From Dendrobates tinctorius (lineage: Eukaryota), in the NCBI RefSeq assembly GCF_039654945.1, contig NW_027361688.1, forward strand, positions 930,001-977,164: a DNA stretch of 47,164 nucleotides, in the 5' to 3' direction. The stretch's first letter is position 1; each line of letters starts with the position of its first letter. Made by a program: the position numbers and the translations under genes. Below the pieces are notes generated by a model. It was not told where the DNA came from. It searched no databases and saw nothing but the letters and a program-made list of their open reading frames with translations. This document shows positions 12,941 through 32,917 of the stretch, one piece after another.

Positions 12941-13917
12941 GTAAAGGAAAAAGTTTAGAATAGGAAAAAAATAATCACTTCCATAGATATTAGAGGGGAT
13001 TCGACTTTATAATTCACTTTTGTGTTTTTCAACCAGCATTAAAGGTTTGTGTTTGCTGTCAGTGAATGGAGCTTTCTTTTTTTGCTTCCACTGCCGGGGC
13101 ATGCTGGGAGTAGTAGTTTCACAAGAACTTAAGTGCTGCACATTGTCGACCTCTGGGCCCGCATAATGCTCCGAGCGTGAAAACAACTGGAACAAACCCT
13201 CATAAAATTACACGTTGCAGATCTGAACCCGATCAAATATTTTAATATATATATTGCTCTTTTTCTTTACTTTTTCATCCATTATTAGAAGCAGCCTCTT
13301 CCACCTGGAGGTCAGTAACGAATATTAGAAGGATGCCGGACCCCGACCGTGGAAAGAAATGAAGATTAAATTCTAACCGGACACCGTAGAATAAATAATC
13401 ATAAAATTAAAAATGTACAAATAAAAAAGTAACAGGGAAAAATCATGGTTTTCTCCACCGACCGGCAGCTGCCCCTTTAAAACAAAACACAGCCCCTACG
13501 ATCCCAATCATCCCTGGAATCCCGTCATGGAACGGTCGTCATCAGATCCCAGAGTGACGGTGATCGGCGGCAGAGTGCAGCTCTGGGGGTCTCATAATGC
13601 AAAAAAAAAAAATGGCAAGAAAAACAAAAAAGACCCCCGTGGTTAATTGCAGGGCCTGAGGCTCTTGATCCAGTACCCTCATAACATAATTTAAGCCCCT
13701 CCTTAGTTCCTAAATATAAAAAGGTGGGAAAGGAAGTCTCCGGGCGCGTGCTGCCATCATGCGAGAAATCCAGGGCCTGCAGGATCTCCTTGGCATTGGC
13801 GTCGCTCCTGCGCAGCTCCTGATGACCAACCGAGTCAGTCTGACAGATTCCCGAGAATCTTTTTTGTAATATTTTTTTCTCATTTTAAGCTCAAGTCAAA
13901 AAAGCAGCAGATGCATC

Positions 13918-20807
<6,890 letters not shown>

Positions 20808-20869
20808 AGTAACGAGCGCTGGAAAAGAAAACAAAAAACTATTAAAGTGGAAGTGTCGAAAGGGGCAGC

Positions 20870-21738
20870 GGCCCACCCCAGAGGGGACACTGCACCGGCC
20901 CGCCCCGCCCCAGAGGGGACACCACACCGGCCCGCCCACCCCAGAGGGGACGCCCGACCTGCCCACCAACCCCAGAGGGGACGCCCGACCGGTCCACCAA
21001 CCCCAGAGGGGACGCCCGACCGGCACCGACTCACCCACCCCAGAGGGGACGCCTGACCTGCCCACCAACCCCAGAGGGGACGCCCGACCGGCACCGACTC
21101 ACCCACCCCAGAGGGGACGCCCGACCGGCACCGGCTCACCCACCCCAGAGGGGACGCCCGACCTGCCCACCAACCCCAGAGGGGACGCCCGACCGGCACC
21201 GACTCACCCACCCCAGAGGGGACGCCCGACCGGCACCGACTCACCCACCCCAGAGGGGACGCCCGACCTGCCCACCAACCCCAGAGGGGACGCCCGACCG
21301 GCACCGACTCACCCACCCCAGAGGGGACGCCCGACCGGCACCGACTCACCCACCCCAGAGGGGACGCCTGACCTGCCCACCAACCCCAGAGGGGACGCCC
21401 GACCGGCACCGACTCACCCACCCCAGAGGGGACGCCCGACCGGCACCGGCTCACCCACCCCAGAGGGGACGCCCGACCTGCCCACCAACCCCAGAGGGGA
21501 CGCCCGACCGGCACCGACTCACCCACCCCAGAGGGGACGCCCGACCGGCACCGACTCACCCACCCCAGAGGGGACGCCCGACCTGCCCACCAACCCCAGA
21601 GGGGACGCCCGACCGGCACCGACTCACCCACCCCAGAGGGGACGCCCGACCGGCACCGACTCACCCACCCCAGAGGGGACGCCCGACCGGCACCGACTCA
21701 CCCACCCCAGAGGGGACGCCCGACCGGCACCGGCCCAC
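20870..21738. repeat. GC-rich minisatellite, 31/37/37-bp units forming a 105-bp higher-order repeat, STK38L intron 1
   Basis: CCCCAGAGGGGACGCCCGACCTGCCCACCAA and CCCCAGAGGGGACGCCCGACCGGCACCGACTCACCCA. Confidence 0.95.
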
Positions 21739-22713
21739 TGGCAGATACTCCGCCTTTCTGCTAATGACCTCGACCCTAGAAAGAGAGGGTCATACTCATC
21801 ACAACTACAACTCCCAGCATGCCTCTCTTGGTCTCCAATGCCATGCAGATGCCCCGTGCCCCCTCTCAGCACCATGGTACGGAGCTGTCTGTCTCTCCTG
21901 AGTGCCAGCTACTGTTTTCTGCTATCAGCCACTGCCCGCGGCGGTCTCTAAGGGTCTTGTGTTTCCGGGTGCGGCAGTAAGGAAGATCCTGTGTCCCCTC
22001 AGAGCAGCGGTCAGGTTCTTACACCCGGGTGCGGTATGTGACACGTCCACACGGCATGCGGGGTGGCCGCTGTACACTGTGGGGGGGGCAGCCACATATA
22101 GCAAGATCCCCCTCCGAGCTGCCGGGGAAAGCTGGGTGACGACTGCCACCATTGCCACCCTTACATAAGACTCTGAGCTGGCAGAGCGCCCCACACTGGT
22201 GGAGTAGGACAACTCCCAGCATGAACCGGAGAAGCCACGGTGCCCAGGAAAGTACAGAGATCTCATATCTGGGGAGCGACAGCTACTGCAGGACTACAAC
22301 CCCCAGCACTGCCCTGCCCCCAGACATGATGAGGGGTGAGGCCGCCGGGGTCGGGGGCTTCCTCGCTGCCCCTCCTCTAGTTTGCAGCTATTTTTAGTCA
22401 TTTGATGAATGAAGTGGAAAAAGCGACTGAGAAAGGAAATCTGCAAAATCCCATCGGTGCGACGTAATAAGGACAGTGGGAGCAGAACTCCCCCGTATAG
22501 AGTCACTGCCCGGACAACCATCTGCCCCCGGAATCACTTCAGGGTCGGCAAGAGAGAGGAAGGACCCCAAAAGCGGCATCAACTAGTAACGCCCTAAGAT
22601 TGATATAGGACCCCCAGAGACTGTGTGACAAAGTGATAACCTGCACCCCAAAATCACTGCACCTCATGTAATGCAGGAGGAAGAGGAGGCAGCACATTAC
22701 TGCCATCATCCAA

Positions 22714-25165
22714 ATACTATAATACTGCCCCCTATGTACAAGAATATAACTACTATAATACTGCTCCTATGTACAAGAATATAACTACTATAATACTGCT
22801 CCTATGTACAAGAATATAACTACTATAATACTGCCCCTATGTATAAGAATATAACTACTATAATACTGCCTCCTATGTACAAGAATATAACTACTATAAT
22901 ACTGCCACCAATGTACAAGAATATAACTACTATAATACTGCCCCTATGTACAAGAATATAACTACTATAATACTGCTCCTATGTACAAGAATATAACTAC
23001 TATAATACTGCCCCTATGTACAAGAATATAACTACTATAATACTGCCCCTATGTACAAGAATATAACTACTATAATACTGCCCCCATGTACAAGAATATA
23101 ACTACTATAATACTGCCCCTATGTACAAGAATATAACTACTATAATACTGCCCCTATGTACAAGAATATAACTACTATAATACTGCCCCCATGTACAAGA
23201 ATATAACTACTATAATACTGCCCCTATGTACAAGAATATAACTACTATAATACTGCTCCTATGTACAAGAATATAACTACTATAATACTGCCCCTATGTA
23301 CAAGAATATAACTACTATAATACTGCTCCTATGTACAAGAATATAACTACTATAATACTGCACCCTATGTACAAGAATATAACTACTATAATACTGCCCC
23401 CTATATACAAGAATATAACTACTATAATACTGCCCCTATATACAAGAATATAACTACTATAATACTGCCCCCTATGTACAAGAATATAACTACTATAATA
23501 CTGCTCCTATGTACAAGAATATAACTACTATAATACTGCTCCTATGTACAAGAATATAACTACTATAATACTGCCCCCATGTACAAGAATATAACTACTA
23601 TAATACTGCCCCTATGTACAAGAATATAACTACTATAATACTGCTCCTATGTACAAGAATATAACTACTATAATACTGCCCCCATGTACAAGAATATAAC
23701 TACTATAATACTGCCCCCATGTACAAGAATATAACTACTATAATACTGCCCCTATGTACAAGAATATAACTACTATAATACTGCTCCTATGTACAAGAAT
23801 ATAACTACTATAATACTGCCCCTATGTACAAGAATATAACTACTATAATACTGCTCCTATGTACAAGAATATAACTACTATAATACTGCCCCTATGTACA
23901 AGAATATAACCACTATAATACTGCTCCGATGTACAAGAATATAACTACTATAATACTGCACCCTATGTACAAGAATATAACTACTATAATACTGCCCCCT
24001 ATATACAAGAATATAACTACTATAATACTGCCCCCTATATACAAGAATATAACTACTATAATACTGCCCCTATATACAAGAATATAACTACTATAATACT
24101 GCCCCCTATGTACAAGAATATAACTACTATAATACTGCTCCTATGTACAAGAATATAACTACTATAATACTGCTCCTATGTACAAGAATATAACTACTAT
24201 AATACTGCTCCTATGTACAAGAATATAACTACTATAATACTGCCTCCTATGTACAAGAATATAACTACTATAATACTGCCCCCTATGTACAAGAATATAA
24301 CTACTATAATACTGCCCCCATGTACAAGAATATAACTACTATAATACTGGCCCCTATGTACAAGAATATAACTACTATAATACTGCCCCTATGTACAAGA
24401 ATATAACTACTATAATACTGCTCCTATGTACAAGAATATGACTACTATAATACTGCCCCTATATACAAGAATATAACTACTATAATACTGGCCCCTATGT
24501 ACAAGAATATAACTACTATAATACTACCCCCTATGTACAGGAATATAAATACTATAATACTGCCCCTATATACAAGAATATAACTACTATAATACTGCTC
24601 CCTATGTAGAAGAATATAACTACTATAATACTGCTCCTATGTACAAGAATATGACTACTATAATACTGCCCCTATATACAAGAATATAACTACTATAATA
24701 CTGGCCCCTATGTACAAGAATATAACTACTATAATACTACCCCCTATGTACAGGAATATAAATACTATAATGCTGCCCCTATGTACAAGAATATAACTAC
24801 TATAATACTGCCCCCTATGTACAAGAATATAACTACTATAATACTGCCTCCTATGTACAGGAATATAAATACTATAATACTGCCCCTATGTACAGGAATA
24901 TAAATACTATAATACTGCCCCTATATACAAGAATATAACTACTATAATACTGCTCCTATGTACAAGAATATAACTACTATAATACTGCCCCTATATACAA
25001 GAATATAACTACTATAATACTGCCCCTATGTACAAGAATATAACTACTATAATACTGCCCCCTATATACAAGAATATAACTACTATAATACTGCCCCTAT
25101 GTACAAGAATATAACTACTATAATACTGCCCCCTATGTACAGGAATATAACTACTATAATACTGC
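22714..25165. repeat. 35-36-bp AT-rich minisatellite
   Basis: TACTATAATACTGCCCCTATGTACAAGAATATAAC x~69. Confidence 0.97.
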
Positions 25166-25639
25166 AGATGCGGATTGGAGCGGTAGCAGACGACAGTGGA
25201 TTGCGGTATTACGTTATTACACCTCGCCCTCGCCTGACACCTGTGTACACAGGACGGGGGAGGGGATTGTGCCGCCTGACAGTCACTGAGAACCGTCCTT
25301 ACCTGCAGACCCCGTTACCCCCGGGGAATATACGGTATATACTGGAGGTGTATGCCGCCAGTGATTACACAGCCCGGTCGCAGTCACGGTGCAGATATTT
25401 GGGGCGGTGTCACGATTACTGTACCAGGTGTAAACACTGTACCGCCACGTGGGGCACGAATACTTTTATCCCGCGTCACGCGCTGATGTGATTGGCTGGC
25501 AGTCAGCAGGGTGTGTGGCCCTTTAAATAGCAGACATGTTATAAAGTGAGTGGTACACCACAACTCCCAGCATGCCCTCAGTACAGACACACACTGGGGG
25601 TCCTGCAGAACGAGACCCTTTATACCCCCTACCTCTGCC

Positions 25640-25925
25640 TGCTGTCAGTGACTTGCCTCCTCCCCTCTCACAGCTGCGGCTTTGTTACAATGTGTCAGGG
25701 CGACCAGAACATAGTGACAGGAAGCAGAGGAACCGCCAGCCGAGCGCACTGCGCCTGCGCACGTACCTGCTCCGTGGTCTCCCCCGCACTGACGTCCTGT
25801 CTCACCGGTGACCAGACCCGTACTGACTACTGAGCGCAGCCCGCCTCCTCCGGCCGCTTCACTCACCGCCACTCGCGAGAACTGCGCACCTGCCCCGCTG
25901 TCCCCGCCCCCTGGTCACACCCACC
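25640..25925 (-). promoter_or_regulatory. CpG island, candidate STK38L promoter and non-coding exon 1
   Basis: NRF1-like TGCGCAGGCGCA (25750-25761), TCTCGCGAG(T) BANP/ZBTB33-like motif (25871-25880), GC box (25902-25910), minus-strand donors CCG|GTGAGA (~25805) and GCG|GTGAGT (~25866); exon 2 has an acceptor upstream of its ATG, so an upstream exon is required. Confidence 0.6.
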
Positions 25926-26529
25926 GTCTTAGGACACGCCCCTGTTCCATCTGCTCAGTCTTGGGCACAAGAGGGCGAACAGTCCTCATCACTAGCTCTC
26001 CTTGACGTCCATTTTGTTGTAGTCTTCTCTCGCTTAACATATATAGGAAATCATCACAAGAATGGACTCCACACTGGGGACAATATTTATCTTTCATTTT
26101 CAATAGAGTTGACGTGACGTCGTGTCGGTTGTTATTTTAAAATCCTCAGCAGGTGCGTATTCAAAAGTCGCGCAACTTTATTGAATTGTGAAGTTTACAT
26201 TTTCCAGATAAGTACTAGCCAGTGTCGTGCCTCAGTGGTCACCAGTGGGATTTTATCGTGTGTCTATGTGGCTAGGGCGACACATTGTAAAATCCTTTTT
26301 AAAGGGAGAAAAAAACAAGTCAAATGAGATGTCCGCTCGTCTCAGTGTGTCCATTCATCAGTGTGTTGTATCTATGTGACGTATTCGAGTCCCTCAAAAA
26401 ACAACATTATTCTAGGACAAGCACGGAAAAAAAAAAACACCCTGAAAGGACCTTCAGTGTAAATAAAAAATGTGAAAACGGATTTTTAATAACTTTCTTC
26501 TAGGCTGAGATATATGCATTTGGAGGCAC

Positions 26530-26682
26530 AGGCCCGAAGCCTGAGGCTGCACTACTGCAGTGTTGTCATGGAGACCGTGTGTTTATCACTGATATCAGAA
26601 CTTGAAGCCAAAGTTTCCATGACAACGCTGCAGCACCAGGGAGTCGGCGGCCTCAGTAGTGCAGCCTCAAGCTTCAGGCCTT
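26530..26682. mobile_element. Small foldback element (MITE-like)
   Basis: AGGCCCGAAGCCTGAGGCTGCACTACTG ... CAGTAGTGCAGCCTCAAGCTTCAGGCCT inverted arms with inner GTTGTCATGGAGAC / GTTTCCATGACAAC. Confidence 0.65.
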
Positions 26683-26954
26683 AACGTGTAGACACTGTAT
26701 CGCAAATCACAAGTGAGTTATTTGGAAATGGTTTCATCAGTGTTAATATAGAGGGGTAAATCTGCAGAGTGATGAGGGGATCCGGATCCACCATGTCATA
26801 CAAAATGTGCAAGAAATGCCAGGTAGAAGGGGAGACACCACCCCGCGGATCCCTCACATCTCACCCACACACTCGGCTGCACTTCCATCCTCCTCGGGTG
26901 CAGCTGGAGACATTGTACTGACTGGGGAAAAGTGCAGGCTATAAACCAATCTGT

Positions 26955-27404
26955 ACGTATACAGGAGGGGTCTGGTCTGGGGTCTGTATACAGGAGGGGT
27001 CTGGTCTGGGGTCTGTATACAGGAGGGGTCTGGTCTGGGGTCTGTATGTGTAGTGGTCTGCTGCTTGTATACAGGGTGCTCTGGTCTGAGGTCTTTATAC
27101 AGGAGGGGTCTTGTCTTTGATCTGTATACTTGAGTGATCTGGGGTTTGTATACAAGGAGCGGTCTGGGGTCTGTATACAGGAGGGGAATGGTCTGTTGTC
27201 TGTATGTATTTAGGGGTCTGGGGTTTGTATACAGGAAACGTCTGGTCTGGGATTTGCATGCAGGAGGCGTCTATTCTGGAGTCTGTATATGTGGGGTCTG
27301 TATATATTTAAGGGTCTGGTCTGGGGTCTGTATACAGGAGGAGTCTGGTCTGTATGGTCTGGGGTCTGTATACATGGGGGTCTGATCTAGGGTCTGTATA
27401 CATG
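26955..27404. repeat. ~28-bp G-rich minisatellite, left degenerate part
   Basis: GGGGTCTGGTCTGGGGTCTGTATACAGGA-type units. Confidence 0.85.
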
Positions 27405-28988
27405 ACGCTCTTCAACATTTACATCAATGAGCTGGCTACCGCTCTGGAATCTTCCACAGCACCAGGTCTCACCCTCCACGACGTGCAGGTGAAATTCCTG
27501 CTGTATGCAGATGACCTGCTGCTTCTGTCACCAACCGAGAAAGGCCTCCAAGACAACCTGAAAATCTTAGAGAAATTCAGCTCCACCTGGGCTCTACCGG
27601 TCAACCTAAAGAAAACCAACATCATGGTGTTCCAGAAGAGAAAGAGAAAATCAGACCAGCACCCTTCATTTATCCTCAACAACTGCGCCCTTTCAGGAAC
27701 GGACAAATATACCTACCTGGGCCTAGAGATTCACCGGTCAGGGAGCTTCAAACAAGCCATAGAGACCCTGAAAGACAAGGCCTGCAAAACCTTCTATGCC
27801 ATCCGAAAGAAACTCTACCATCTAAAGCCACCAGTGAGGGTCTGGTTAAAAATCATCGATTCTATCATCGCCCCAATCCTCCTGTATGGCAGCGAAGTCT
27901 GGGGTCCTCACACCTACCCAGACTGGTCAAGGTGGGATTCCAGCCCAACAGAAATATTCCACCTGGAATTCTGCAATCACCTTCTCCAAGTCCATCGGAG
28001 CACCTCCAACAGCGCTTGCCGGGCCGAGCTGGGCAGATTCCCTCTACACCTAACGGTTCTAAAGAGGGCACTGTCATTCCGGGCTCACCTACGTAGGAGC
28101 AATCCAAGCTCCCATCACCATAAAGCCCTGACACATGTAGGGAAAACAGAAAAACCAGGACCCTTGGAACAGCCCACCCAAACCCAACCTGACCAGAACA
28201 CCAATCACAACAACCTGACAAAAGCCGGAATCAGGAAGATGGTAGACGAAGGCCAGGAGAGGTACGTAAGTGACTGGAAGAGCGACATCATCAGCTCACA
28301 GAAACCATGTACCGGAGTCTACAGGGAGACTACAGACTGGCCCCATACCTGGAGAAACTCCCGCACCCCAGAGACCGCAAGATCCTGAGCCGGTATAGAC
28401 TCAGTGCCCACAGTCTGGCCATCGAATCCGGCCGACACAGGCAGAGCTACAAGCCCAGGGAGGAAAGACTGTGCCAACACTGTGACCAGGAGGCCCTGGA
28501 GAATGACACCCACTACACTGCCCCAAATACTCAGCAGTGAGGGACACTCACTTCAGGAGACTCTCACATCTCTTCCCGGATTTCACCACCATGAAGGAGG
28601 AAGAGAAAACATACATCCTGCTGGGGAAGAAGAGAGAGCAGTGGAGATAGCAGCGCAATATGTGAGCGAATGCCATAGACTGCGAGAAAGAGAACTATGA
28701 TATGCCATGGTCTTCTATGGCCCCCACCCTGGATAGCCCCAATCCCCCATCCACCTTCCCTATGCCATGGACTTCTATAGCCCCATCCTGGATCTGCCCC
28801 CATGCCCCCATCCACCTTCCCTATGCCATGGACTTCTATAGCCCCAACCTGGATCTGCCCCCATCCACCTTTCCTACAGCCCCTTCCCAACATCCCTACA
28901 GTCCCTATCCCTATTCCCTTCTGTACACCTGCTTTGGCAAAACTAATGTGTATTTAGTCCTGCCAATAAAGCTTCTTTGAATCTTAAA
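27405..28988 (+). mobile_element. Non-LTR retrotransposon 3' fragment, RTE-X-like, frameshifted RT
   Basis: TLFNIYINEL...LLYADDLLLLS...YTYLG...LYGSEVWG...CRAELGRFPL...YRLSAHSLAIESGRH...REERLCQHC; AATAAA plus TTGAA-like tail; flanked by a 35-bp direct duplication. Clade assignment is from recalled motifs. Confidence 0.88.
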
Positions 28989-29722
28989 ATACATGGGGGT
29001 CTGATCTAGGGTCTGTATACATGGGGGTCTGGCCTGGGCTCTATTTATAGGAGTCTGGTCTGTATGGTCTGGGGTCTGTATACATGGGGGTCTATATACA
29101 CAGATGTCTGATCTAAGGTCTGTATACATGGGGGTCTGGTCTGGGGTCTGTATTTATTTAAGGATCTGTATACATGGGGGTCTGGTCTGGGGTCTGTATA
29201 CATGGGGGTCTGGTCTGGGGTCTGTATACATGGGGGTCTGGTCTGGGGTCTTTATACATGGGGGTCTTGGTCTGGGGTCTGTATACATGGGGGGGGTCTG
29301 GTCTGGGGTCTGTATACATGGGGGTCTGGTCTGGGGTCTGTATACATGGGGGTCTGGTCTGGGGTCTGTATACATGGGGGTCTGGTCTGGGGTCTGTATA
29401 CATGGGGGGGGTCTGGTCTGGGGTCTGTATACATGGGGGTCTGGTCTGGGGTCTGTATACATGGGGGGGTCTGGTCTGGGGTCTGTATACATGGGGGGGT
29501 CTGGTCTGGGGTCTGTATACATGGGGGGTCTGGTCTGGGGTCTGAATACATGGGGGGGTCTGGTCTGGGGTCTGTATACATGGGGGGTCTGGTCTGGGGT
29601 CTGTATACATGGGGGGTCTGGTCTGGGGTCTGTATACATGGGGGGGTCTGGTCTGGGGTCTGTATACATGGGGGTCTGGTCTGGGGTCTGTATACATGGG
29701 GTCTGGTCTGGGGTCTGTATTT
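28989..29722. repeat. ~28-bp G-rich minisatellite, right homogeneous part
   Basis: (G)4-8 TCTGGTCTGGGGTCTGTATACAT units, over 20 copies. Confidence 0.95.
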
Positions 29723-32644
29723 AAGGGTCTGTGCACAGATAGACATGAGTTAATAGATAGGTCTTTGCTTTTCATCCTGCGGTCAGTCGGCCATGTTGTG
29801 ACGGCTCGGTCCCCGGCGCAGTCTTGTCTTCCAGGCTTTAGGTCACATTCTTCTTATATGCTGTGATTTTAGTCATTTTGCCCCTAGCGCCCCCCGCAGG
29901 GCAGACACTTTCTCACTCGGTCACATACTTTCATCCATAACTGCCTCCACATCGGTCTCATTACATTTTTAAGAGCGTAAGCTAGAAGTGGCGCCCATTA
30001 ACCCCTTCAGACCAGTTTGTCAGGTTCCTAGCGCCTACAGCCAGTAACCCTATGAAGCCACGTTCACACATTCAGTATGTGGTCAGGATTTTAATATGGC
30101 CGCCGTTACCTCACAGATCAGTTATCTCACACCCCACAGGGCTCCCTGGGCAGCCATTATGGGGTGAGAAACCTCTGGCCTGCGAGGTAATGGCGGCCAT
30201 ACTGTCGTCACACAGCTTCTTGGAGGAAGATTTATCAAAACTAGTAGAAGCGTTGTCAGTGCTGCCCCAGCAACCAATCACAGCGCAGCTTCCATTTCAG
30301 AATACTTATTTGAAAAATGAAATCTGCGCTGTAATTGGTCGCTAGGGAGTAACCATGACAGATTTGATAAATGAGGCCTAGTGAGGCTTTCTGCGCTGTG
30401 TGTACAGGGCTCGGCCTCCCTCAGCAATAAAATAACATTAAACTTCACTACATTACACTGTCAGACGTGAGACCGCCGGAGCAGCCCCATGTAAGGTGTA
30501 AACACAGCGCCGCCCTGCTGGGCACACCACCCTCACCAGAATCACAGACAACCCCATAATCAGGATTCCTGGCGCCCCGCACGCTCCTATCAATGTGTCA
30601 CATTCGAGAGACAATAATAATTAAGCGTGGCTCATCACATAAACCGTGTGCGAGAGCCGAGGAGTCATCATGGCGGGAAGTAACAGCACCTGACTAACCA
30701 GCGCTGAGAAAATAATCATTACTGACTAATGTGCCCATGTCTGTTATGTCACAGGACGGCGAAGCCTTCAGACAAGTGATCCCAAAATTATTAGGGAACC
30801 TGGACAACAAAAGAAGAAAGAAAAAAAAAACAATAAAAAAAATAAAATAAAACAGAATTAAAAAAATGCATAAAATAAACAAAATAAAAAAGGAAAAAAA
30901 ACAACGAAAACAATAGAATAAAATAAAAAAAATACTAGAATAGAAAAAAATTGAAAAAATATAGGAAAAAAAATAAATCAATGTCGGCCATATTGGTTGT
31001 TACCCAGCTTTTGACAGCAATAAAAGAGCTGACTGGAAATTTTCCAACAACCTTCCAGACGAGGAGGACTAGGACAACACCCGCATCTGGACTGGTGATT
31101 ATGGTGGCTCTGGTGCTGCTTCTGACTCCTCTGATGTCTTCTCTGAGGGGAAATGGAGGCATAAAGGGACTTTGGCGCCATGATAAGATGGCTGCTCATG
31201 CCGCGACACCTGACCGACTCTAGACTGCCTGGGGAATTGGGGGAAAGTGGTCACCGGCTTTTCTAGAGACTGAAAAAAAGGAGCCATTTTGAAAAGTGTC
31301 TCCATGGTGACAGACTACAAACAACCCCGCTGTAGTCACGCTTTAGTCCCCCCCTTCCTGGGTCCTCCATGCGTTTCCATGGTTACAGACTACAATCTAC
31401 CTCCGTGTAGTCTGGCCCTGAAGTCGTGTGTTATCCCCCTTTGTCTGACTGCAGGATCAGACTACAAGGCTTTTGTTTGTAGTCTGTAACTATAGAGACG
31501 CATAGAAGCTGTATACACAAAACGGTAAGGGGTTTTTGTCTTTAAGAAAATTTTTAAAAGTTTTCAATGTTTGCGCGGAAGGCGTGTGATGTGGGAGAGT
31601 CGGGAATGGAAATAGGATGCTTACGCTTAATAAATAATGCCGCCATGATGTGCAGACACATCTGTTCACCACCGATATGATAGCGGCCAGCTGTACCACT
31701 GTTGTATAGTATAAATAATAACGCCATATGTGACTCCTCCAAATAATGCCGCCATAAGAGGCTCACACAATACTGATCGGTATTGCTCCAACAGTGCGAT
31801 ACCAAACCTAAAAAATACCACTAAACTTATTACACCCATACAGTGTCCGTAGAAAGCTGGGTGGAAGCTCTTAAAGGCACAGTAACAGCACAAGTCATAC
31901 ACAAGTCATGGATTTCCAGGGTGTGTTCCTCTGCCAAATCATCCAATTAGTAGAGCGACAGGAAAGGATTTTTTACTTTTAATACAGAAGGGAAAAAAAA
32001 AAAATGCGGCGGCGCTTCACCCCACCATCCACAGCGGACTGAATTCCTTTCTGATTATGTGACGTCTGTATATATGTATTTATAGCTCGCCAGGCCACTC
32101 TGGCACCGCAAGGAAATTGTACATATATACACATACACATATAAAGCTCATTTAAAGGGGTGGAAAAAACACACAGTGCCCCCATCTGCCTGTAGGTTGA
32201 GTCTGGCACTGCAGCTGAGCTCGATTACAAGTCAATAGGACAGAGTTGAAGTACCAGACATGGCCTGCGGAGATGTGAGGCGCCGTTTTGGTCCCACACA
32301 ATCCTTTAATTCACTTTTCCTATAAAAATATCACCTATCCTCCGAGGCAGAAGACAGTGGGATATTTCAGTGGGGCGACGTCACCCTCGTATCCCACCCA
32401 CCGTCTTATTCCACAATGACACCAGTGTTCCTGGACAGACTCCTGCATGTTCTTATGAAGCCCCTGCTAGAAATCCCCCCCACACCTTCTTAAAGGAGCC
32501 TTTGAGGATCATGACGTGTTTTCCTCCAGGCTAATAAATGGCTGTTATATGATCCAGACAGGGAGGGGAGAGGATTGTGGTGGGACACAGAGCGGCCCTG
32601 TAGGAAAACCCACAAGATGAACACACTTATTGTAACCACGCACC

Positions 32645-32835
32645 GGTCTGTACATCGGGAGTCTGTATACTGAGGGTCTGTACGCTGGGGGTCTGTAGGC
32701 AGGGGTACTGTATACTGAGGGTCTGTATGCTGGGGGTCTGTAGGCAGGGGTACTGTATACAGAGGGTCTGTACGCTGGGGGTCTGTAGGCAGGGGTACTG
32801 TATACAGAGGGTCTGTACGCTGGGGGTCTGTACAT
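32645..32835. repeat. 45-bp tandem repeat
   Basis: GAGGGTCTGTACGCTGGGGGTCTGTAGGCAGGGGTACTGTATAC(T/A) x~3.5. Confidence 0.85.
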
Positions 32836-32917
32836 TAGGGGGGGGAACTTCCCCCTGATGATACAGCAAATGCAGCCAAAAAAAAAGCTGAAACCAAAGT
32901 GCGATCACACTACTCTT

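Noticed and set aside
30694-30981. Hydrophobic 95-aa ORF
   Set aside because: Translation of a low-complexity A-rich tract
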